A stretch of 63,832 nucleotides of DNA, from NCBI GenBank assembly GCA_051294375.1, contig CM119265.1, forward strand, positions 62,169-126,000. Reading direction: 5' to 3'. A program made the position numbers and the translations under genes. This DNA is from Paraspadella gotoi (Eukaryota; Animalia; Chaetognatha). This document shows, piece by piece, positions 57,750-63,832 of the stretch. A model generated the notes under the pieces. That model did no database searches and was not told the origin of the DNA. It saw nothing but the letters and a program-made list of their open reading frames with translations. Each line of letters opens with the position of its first letter. Position 1 is the stretch's first letter.

Positions 57750-60700
57750 ACGCCGTCCCCCAAGCGTCAACTTCTTCACCGGCGCCCAACGACCTTCTTT
57801 TCATCAGGGACGCCGGGGACCGGACTCGATGGTTAATTGACGGTGGTGCGTTACTCTCTATTGTTCCGCCGACGCCGCAGCAGCGCAGCAGCGGCCCGAA
57901 TCAAACGACAAAACTGCAGGCGGCCAACGGATCGCCAATATCATGCTACGGAACAGTCGAGAGAACGGTTCAACTAGGAAATAGAAAATACGTTTATCAA
58001 TTCGTAGTCGCCGACGTTAAACAAAGTATACTCGGCGCTGACTTCTTAGCAGAAAATTTCCTGGCGCCCAACCACCGAGATGGCCTTTTACTGGATTTAC
58101 GAGATTACTCTACCATAGCAGCGTCGACGTCAAAAGGAACATCCGCTCATGTCAATTTCGTAGACAGACAAGGCGAACAATATTACAAAATCCTCGAGTC
58201 ATTCCCTTCGCTGGCCACGCCCACTTTCGAGTTGAAAAACCCAAAGCATGGCGTGACACATTCCATCCCTACCGAAGGTCGTCCCTGCCAATCGCGTGCC
58301 CGGCGATTGGACCCTGAGAAATTGGCCGTGGCAAAGAGAGAACTTGAAAAAATGGTATCACTGGGTATAGCAAAGCGTGGCAAGTCAGAGTGGTCGTCGC
58401 CACTCCACGTCGTCGAAAAACCGGACGGGGGATGGCGTTGTTGTGGCGACTATCGCCGTCTCAACGCCCAAACGGTAGAAGACAGATACCCAGTTAAGCT
58501 ACTTACAGATTTCAATTCTCAATTAGAAGGAAAAACCATCTTCTCTAAAATCGATCTTTTGAAAGGGTATCACCAGATACCGGTGAACCCAGATGACATC
58601 AAAAAAACGGCAGTGATAACTCCGTTTGGCCTGTATGTTTTTCCACGTTGTCCTTTTGGACTGAAAAACGCAGGTCAAGATTTCCAGAGACTCATGGATG
58701 AGATCTTGGGGGATATTCCCCATACTTTTGTGTACTTAGACGACATCCTCGTCGCCTCCTCATCTCCAGAGGAACACAAGCAAGACCTCCAGCGCGTATT
58801 CAAAGCTCTCGATGAGAATGGTTTGGTTGTAAATACCAAAAAATGCCTTCTTGGACAAGAATCGCTCGAATTTCTGGGATTTTTGGTCGATAAGAACGGT
58901 GTACGACCACTACCGGAAAGAGTTCAGACACTCCGCGAGACGACACGGCCCACAACTATCAAAGAGTTGCAACGTTTCCTCGGTATGGTAAATTATTACC
59001 GCCGCTTCATACCGAGAGTTGCCCATCGATGTTCAGCTCTCTACGAGGCTTTGAGCGGCAAGCCTAAAACACTGAACTGGTCTGAAGACTGTGAAAAGGC
59101 CTTCGAGGCCATCAAGGAAGGCCTCATCTCGGCAGCACTGCTTCATCATCCTCGGACTGGAGCTCAGTTGTGTATAACGACTGATGCATCAGACAACGCC
59201 ATTGGAGCCGTCCTAGAACAACGAGGACCGAAGGGATGGGAGCCACTAGCTTTTTTCTCGGCTAAATTAGCAAAAAACCAAAAGCTGTGGCCTCCCTTCG
59301 ATAAGGAGTTACTAGGAGCCTTCAGAGCCGTCCGCCATTTCAGGCATTGGGTGGAGGGACGAGCTTTCACGATCTACACCGATCATCAAAGCCTCGTCTC
59401 AGCGATAAAGAAAAAATCCGAGCCACAAACGATCCGACAAGCTCATCAACTATCGTCGATAGCCGAATTTACCACGGATATTAGATATCTCAAAGGTAAA
59501 GCAAATGTTGTGGCGGATGCGCTCTCTCGTCCCAACGCCCCATCGACAACTCCAGCAACGGCGAGAGAAAACTCCGAGTCGAAAAAAGAGCAGCAGACCG
59601 ACAGACCGACCGACGAAAAACGAGACATCGAAAAACGCGAAAAAAGCATTAAGCCAGATCGACTTGAAGACGCTCAAGCCGTCATCTCATCACTCACTAG
59701 CTTTGAGATAGACTTCGAGGACATGGCTCGCGAACAAGTCTTAGACCCTGAATTTCAAAAGATATCTGACGACGCCAGATCGGGACTAAACTTCAGAAAA
59801 ATCCGCATAGGCGATCACGATCTACTCGCCGACATCTCGAATGGTCCAGCTAGACCTTTTGTTCCCGCGTCTTGGCGTCGCAAAGTTTTCGAGGTAATTC
59901 ATGGATTAGGCCATCCCGGCGTCGACGCCACAAGGAAAGCAATATCTGCAAAGTTTGTATGGACTAATATGAGACAGGACGTGTCGAAGTGGGCAAGAGA
60001 CTGTGTTGATTGCCAACGCGCCAAGGTCACGCGACACGTCGTCCCTGAAATCGGGGAATTCAAAGTCCCTCATCGTCGATTTCAACATATTAATCTGGAC
60101 TTAGTTAAAATGCCAAAATCAAACGGATATTCGCACCTATTAACTATCGTCGACAGATTCTCAAGATGGCCGTCGGCCATCCCTATCATCGACACCCTGA
60201 CGCCGACGATCCTCGATGCTCTCAGCCTACACTGGATTAGTGTCTTCGGAACACCAGCTATCATAACCACGGATAGAGGAAGTCAATTCAACTCGGCCTT
60301 GTGGAAGCAGCTAACGAAGCACTGGGGCATAAAACACCAGATGACCACGCCCTATCATCCACAGGCGAATGGTTTGGTTGAAAGGTTCCATCGGAGGCTC
60401 AAGGAATCGCTCATGGCATTGGGGAAAGAGGAGAGACAACAATGGTACTGGAAATTACCGTTGACATTATTGGCAATTAGGACCACGATCAAGGAAGATA
60501 TTGGAGCATCGGCTGCAGATCTTGTTTTCGGCGAAGGTGTAAGCATCCCTGGCAGTATGCTTGGAGACTTTCAAAACGACGACGAGAATCTCAATCGCCA
60601 GCGTCGAAATCAACTTTCGAAATTAAGACTCGAAGTAGCTCGATTACAGCCAACTCCAACGTCAGCACATCAACAGCCCGCTGTACATCTCCCTTCGAAT

Positions 60701-61294
60701 CTCACCACCGCCCAGTATGTCTTCATCAGACGAGCCGGCGTTCAACCGCCGCTGACACCTCCCTACGACGGCCCATTTCGAGTGATTCATCGAAATGGAC
60801 TTAATGTCACCGTCGAAATTCCCAGCTCGGGAAGGGCAACCGTCAACGTCTCCAGAATCAAACCAGCGTGGATCAGCGACGAGCAGCTGGACGTCGACGA
60901 CTCACAACCTCGCCCAGAGAGAGCTCCTGGCCGTCGGCCAGGCGTAAGAACTCGAAAACCGGCGCCAACAACGAGAAAAACGCGATCGGCGAATCGGCGA
61001 GCGTCGTCTCCTCCTCCTCCTCCTCCTCCTTCATCCACCTCTTCGATACTCACCGCGAATCACCCTCAGCCTCTCCCTGACCCACCACGAACGCCTTTAC
61101 GCTTTTTGTCACCATCTTCTCATTTTCCCGAGCCTCCACGCTCGACGACTCCATCATCAAAAAAACGAGAAAATAATAACAACAACAATAACAATCGCCC
61201 AACTTATGCTATCGTCTTAAAAGAAATGCTACAAAGACAAAAAACGGAAAATGACAACAACAAAAACAAAAACAAAACCCTCGCGCTAACATAA
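57746..61294 (+). CDS. pol: Pol of B4 (1182 aa, intact)
   Basis: LIDGGA, YLDD, TTDAS, HHCC, DDE and YDGPF motifs. Confidence 0.97.
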   Translation: MNAVPQASTSSPAPNDLLFIRDAGDRTRWLIDGGALLSIVPPTPQQRSSGPNQTTKLQAANGSPISCYGTVERTVQLGNRKYVYQFVVADVKQSILGADFLAENFLAPNHRDGLLLDLRDYSTIAASTSKGTSAHVNFVDRQGEQYYKILESFPSLATPTFELKNPKHGVTHSIPTEGRPCQSRARRLDPEKLAVAKRELEKMVSLGIAKRGKSEWSSPLHVVEKPDGGWRCCGDYRRLNAQTVEDRYPVKLLTDFNSQLEGKTIFSKIDLLKGYHQIPVNPDDIKKTAVITPFGLYVFPRCPFGLKNAGQDFQRLMDEILGDIPHTFVYLDDILVASSSPEEHKQDLQRVFKALDENGLVVNTKKCLLGQESLEFLGFLVDKNGVRPLPERVQTLRETTRPTTIKELQRFLGMVNYYRRFIPRVAHRCSALYEALSGKPKTLNWSEDCEKAFEAIKEGLISAALLHHPRTGAQLCITTDASDNAIGAVLEQRGPKGWEPLAFFSAKLAKNQKLWPPFDKELLGAFRAVRHFRHWVEGRAFTIYTDHQSLVSAIKKKSEPQTIRQAHQLSSIAEFTTDIRYLKGKANVVADALSRPNAPSTTPATARENSESKKEQQTDRPTDEKRDIEKREKSIKPDRLEDAQAVISSLTSFEIDFEDMAREQVLDPEFQKISDDARSGLNFRKIRIGDHDLLADISNGPARPFVPASWRRKVFEVIHGLGHPGVDATRKAISAKFVWTNMRQDVSKWARDCVDCQRAKVTRHVVPEIGEFKVPHRRFQHINLDLVKMPKSNGYSHLLTIVDRFSRWPSAIPIIDTLTPTILDALSLHWISVFGTPAIITTDRGSQFNSALWKQLTKHWGIKHQMTTPYHPQANGLVERFHRRLKESLMALGKEERQQWYWKLPLTLLAIRTTIKEDIGASAADLVFGEGVSIPGSMLGDFQNDDENLNRQRRNQLSKLRLEVARLQPTPTSAHQQPAVHLPSNLTTAQYVFIRRAGVQPPLTPPYDGPFRVIHRNGLNVTVEIPSSGRATVNVSRIKPAWISDEQLDVDDSQPRPERAPGRRPGVRTRKPAPTTRKTRSANRRASSPPPPPPPSSTSSILTANHPQPLPDPPRTPLRFLSPSSHFPEPPRSTTPSSKKRENNNNNNNNRPTYAIVLKEMLQRQKTENDNNKNKNKTLALT

Positions 61295-61636
61295 ATCAGC
61301 AGCCGGAGCTAGGGATGCTTCATCCATCTTCCTCCATCGTCACGACGTCAGCTCCGACTGCTGAAAAGCTAGCTTGGCTACCACTCTCTATCTTTGTATA
61401 TAGCAAGCTATATAATATTTGATATTTATTCGATTTTACAATATTTTGAATGTTTTTAATTTTTGAAATTTTTATGTCAGTCGGTCAATCGTCTATTTCA
61501 GGAGGAATATCTTAAAATTGTTATTTTTTACCATTTTATTTTCACAAACACACACATACTCGTGGACGACAAACAATATTATTGATATATATTAATTTCA
61601 ATTTTGCTTTATATTATATATCCCAACAAGGGGGGA

Positions 61637-62175
61637 TGCGGCCACTCGATCGAATCCATTTCATTTGGGAAATAAATTCATCATTTTATAAAGCTAAATA
61701 GAAGACGAGATCTTTTTGTTTTAACAAAAGATATATCTAACTTCTCCAAGATGTCTCCACATATTAAACCTTTTGTTTGATGACTGTTTACCTTTGTTTA
61801 TTGATTTTTAAATTCTGTTCAGTTCGGTTTTTGAATCTTGAATTCAAATAGAAATCTTTCATCAATTAAAAACTCGTTTTTTATTATTCAACAAAATGTA
61901 AAGCTACATTAAGGAAAGTGCTGAAATAAAAACTAAATGAACTCGTTAATGTTTCTAACCAATCAATAAAATCTGCCAACAATCAATTCATCTCTAATCG
62001 AATCTGAGTTATTTCTCAATGGTTAAACAAATAAACAATCATCTTATGATTAAACGAATCACCTTCCTGCGACTTAATCACTCCGCTAATCACCTTCGGT
62101 CCAACGTCTTAGGATGACTCATTCAGTTGGTCAGTCACTTCGTCATTGCTGTGCCCTGTCTCTGTGAGCTCCACA
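61637..62175 (+). repeat. 3' LTR of B4
   Basis: direct repeat of 55939-56479; ends CCACA then GGGTTA. Confidence 0.93.
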
Positions 62176-62277
62176 GGGTTAGGTTAGGGTTAGGGTTAGG
62201 GTAGTTAGGGTAGGGGTTAAGGGTTAGGGGAGGGTTAGGCTTAGGGTTAGGGTTAGGGTTAGGGTGGTAGGTTAGGT

Positions 62278-62310
<33 letters not shown>

Positions 62311-63265
62311 GGGTTAGGGGGGAGTTATTAGATTGGTTAGGGTTAGGTTAGGGTAGGGTTAGGGTTAGGGTTAGGGTTAGGGTTAGGTGTTAGGTTAGGT
62401 AGTAGGGAGTTAGGGGGTTAGGGTTAGGGTTGGGGTTAGGGTTAGGGTTGGGTGGTGGTTAGGGTTAGGTTAGGGTTAGGGTTGTTAGGGTTAGGGGTTA
62501 GGGTAGTAGGGTTAGGGTTAGGTAAGGGTTAGGGTTTAGGGTTAGGGTTAAGGGTTAGGGTTAGGGTTAGGGTTAGGTAGTAGGTTAGGGTAGGGTTAGA
62601 GGGTTAGGGTAAGGTTAGGGTTAGGGTAGGGTTAGGGTGGTAGGTAGGGTTAGGGGTTAGGGGGGTTGGGTGGTTGGGTTAGGGTTGTTAGGGTTAGGGG
62701 TTAGGGTTAGGTGGTAGGTAGGGTTTAGGGTAGGTTAGGGTTAGGGTTAGTTAGGTGGGTTAGGGTAGTAGGTTAGGGTTAGGTTAGGGTGGTTAGGGGT
62801 TAGGGTTAGGGTTAGGGGTTAGGGTTAGGGTGGGTTAGGTTAGGGTAGGAGTTAGGTTAGGGGTTAGGGTTAGGGGTTAGGGTTAGTTAGGGTTTAGTGG
62901 TTAGGGTTAGGAGTTAGGGTAGGGGTTTAGCGGTGTTAGGGTAGGGTTAGGTTAGGGTTAGGGTTGTAGGGTTAGGGTTAGGGTTAGGGTAGGGTTAGGG
63001 TTAGGGTAAGGTTAGGGGTTAGGTGTTAGGGTTAGGGTTAGGGTAGGGTAAGGGTTAGGGTTTAGGGTTAGGGTTAGGAGTTAGTAGGGTTGGGTGTTCG
63101 GTTACGGGGGGTTAGGGTTAGGGGTTAGGGTTAGGGAGGTTAGGTTAGGGTTAGGTTAGGGTTAAGGTTAGGTAGGGTTAGTTTTAGTTGGTTAGGGGGG
63201 TGGAGGTAGGTTAGGTTGGGTGGTGGAGGTAGTTTAAGGGTGTAGGTATGGTTGGTTGGCTGGGT
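62176..63265 (+). repeat. (TTAGGG)n tract 6 (degenerate or noisy)
   Basis: TTAGGG with many variant units. Confidence 0.96.
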
Positions 63266-63832
63266 TGTACGCATTGCCAGGTTCACCCGCCTATAAGAAT
63301 GACAACCTTCAGTCCCTGACCCGGTGCTCATTGAGTAAAGCCATCAGCTCATGAACCACTGGTACCCGGGTCGAATCCAACCCGGTCCTACGCCTGCGGA
63401 AGCGTGAGGACGGCCGGTAAACCGCCTTGGGGCGATGGCACCCCTCAAGCCTGGTTCCAAGCCGGACCGTTCCATGGCTACTAAAAGGGGGTTATAGAAG
63501 TTAGGATAGTCATCCTTCAGAACCCACTTAGCGGCCTTATCCACACTGGTGAGCCCTATACCTGTCGAAGCGTATCCAACCTTTCTGATTCAGGCCCATG
63601 GACAGTGCTGAAGATTGCTGCCTCCCTCCACTGGAAGCAGTGAGGGTGGGTTACAAATCTGGGGGGCATGTAGTCGGGCATTGGCCTAGGTTCACCCCGC
63701 CTATAAGCATGACCACTTCAGTCCCTGACCCGGTGGCTCATTGAGTAAAGCATCAGCTCATGACCACTAGGTACCGAGGTTCAATCCCACCCGGTACCTA
63801 CTCTGCGGGAAGCGTGAGGACGGCCGTAAGCC
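63266..63832 (+). mobile_element. non-autonomous miniature LTR element (TRIM); 3' LTR cut by the window end
   Basis: LTR 63266-63545, PBS TGGTGAGCCC at 63547, 123-bp non-coding interior, PPT GGGGGGCA 63661-63668, second LTR from 63669. Confidence 0.88.
63727..63798 (+). promoter_or_regulatory. tRNA-like A/B-box module in the TRIM LTR, sense orientation (also at 63318-63388)
   Basis: TGGCTCATTGAG ... CTCATGA ... GGTTCAATCCC (GGGTCGAATCC in the first copy); TATAAG about 25 nt upstream. Confidence 0.62.

Larger units (their letters stand above)
55939..62175 (+). mobile_element. complete Ty3/Gypsy element, family B copy B4
   Basis: LTRs 55939-56479 and 61637-62175, PBS TGGTGAGCACCGAC at 56482, PPT AAGGGGGGA, intact ORFs. 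Confidence 0.97.

Noticed and set aside
63601-63660. Hammerhead ribozyme in the TRIM (CTGAAGA followed by a stem)
   Set aside because: The required GAAA after stem II and the other helices are not evident.

Overview
Eukaryotic, probably metazoan, telomeric or telomere-repeat-rich region. It consists almost entirely of Ty3/Gypsy LTR retrotransposons alternating with six (TTAGGG)n tracts, all G-rich on the + strand. Two related lineages are present: family A (LTRs TGTAG...CTACA, RT motif YIDD) and family B (LTRs TGCGGC...CCACA, RT motif YLDD), as about nine autonomous-type copies or partial copies from several diverged subfamilies. A CHCC Gag knuckle, a tRNA-Trp-type PBS and the PR-RT-RH-IN order place them in or near the CsRN1/Kabuki/Boudicca clade. 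Three copies have both LTRs (39179-45947, 46618-53158, 55939-62175). Main observation: LTR ends join the telomeric repeat in one fixed register (TTAGGGT|TG ... CA|GGGTTA), which implies site-specific insertion into (TTAGGG)n with a 4-bp GGGT duplication, a behaviour known mainly from non-LTR and Penelope-like elements. Other notable features are tRNA-like A/B-box modules inside the LTRs, a miniature non-autonomous element (TRIM) at the right end that shares the same PBS, PPT and target register, a bipartite tRNA-Trp PBS, a -1 frameshift signal, a D-G-G protease motif, a long conserved integrase tail and several covarying inverted repeats. The assembly is rough (N gaps, indel-rich duplicated segments), so order and orientation across gaps, and many frameshifts, are unreliable.
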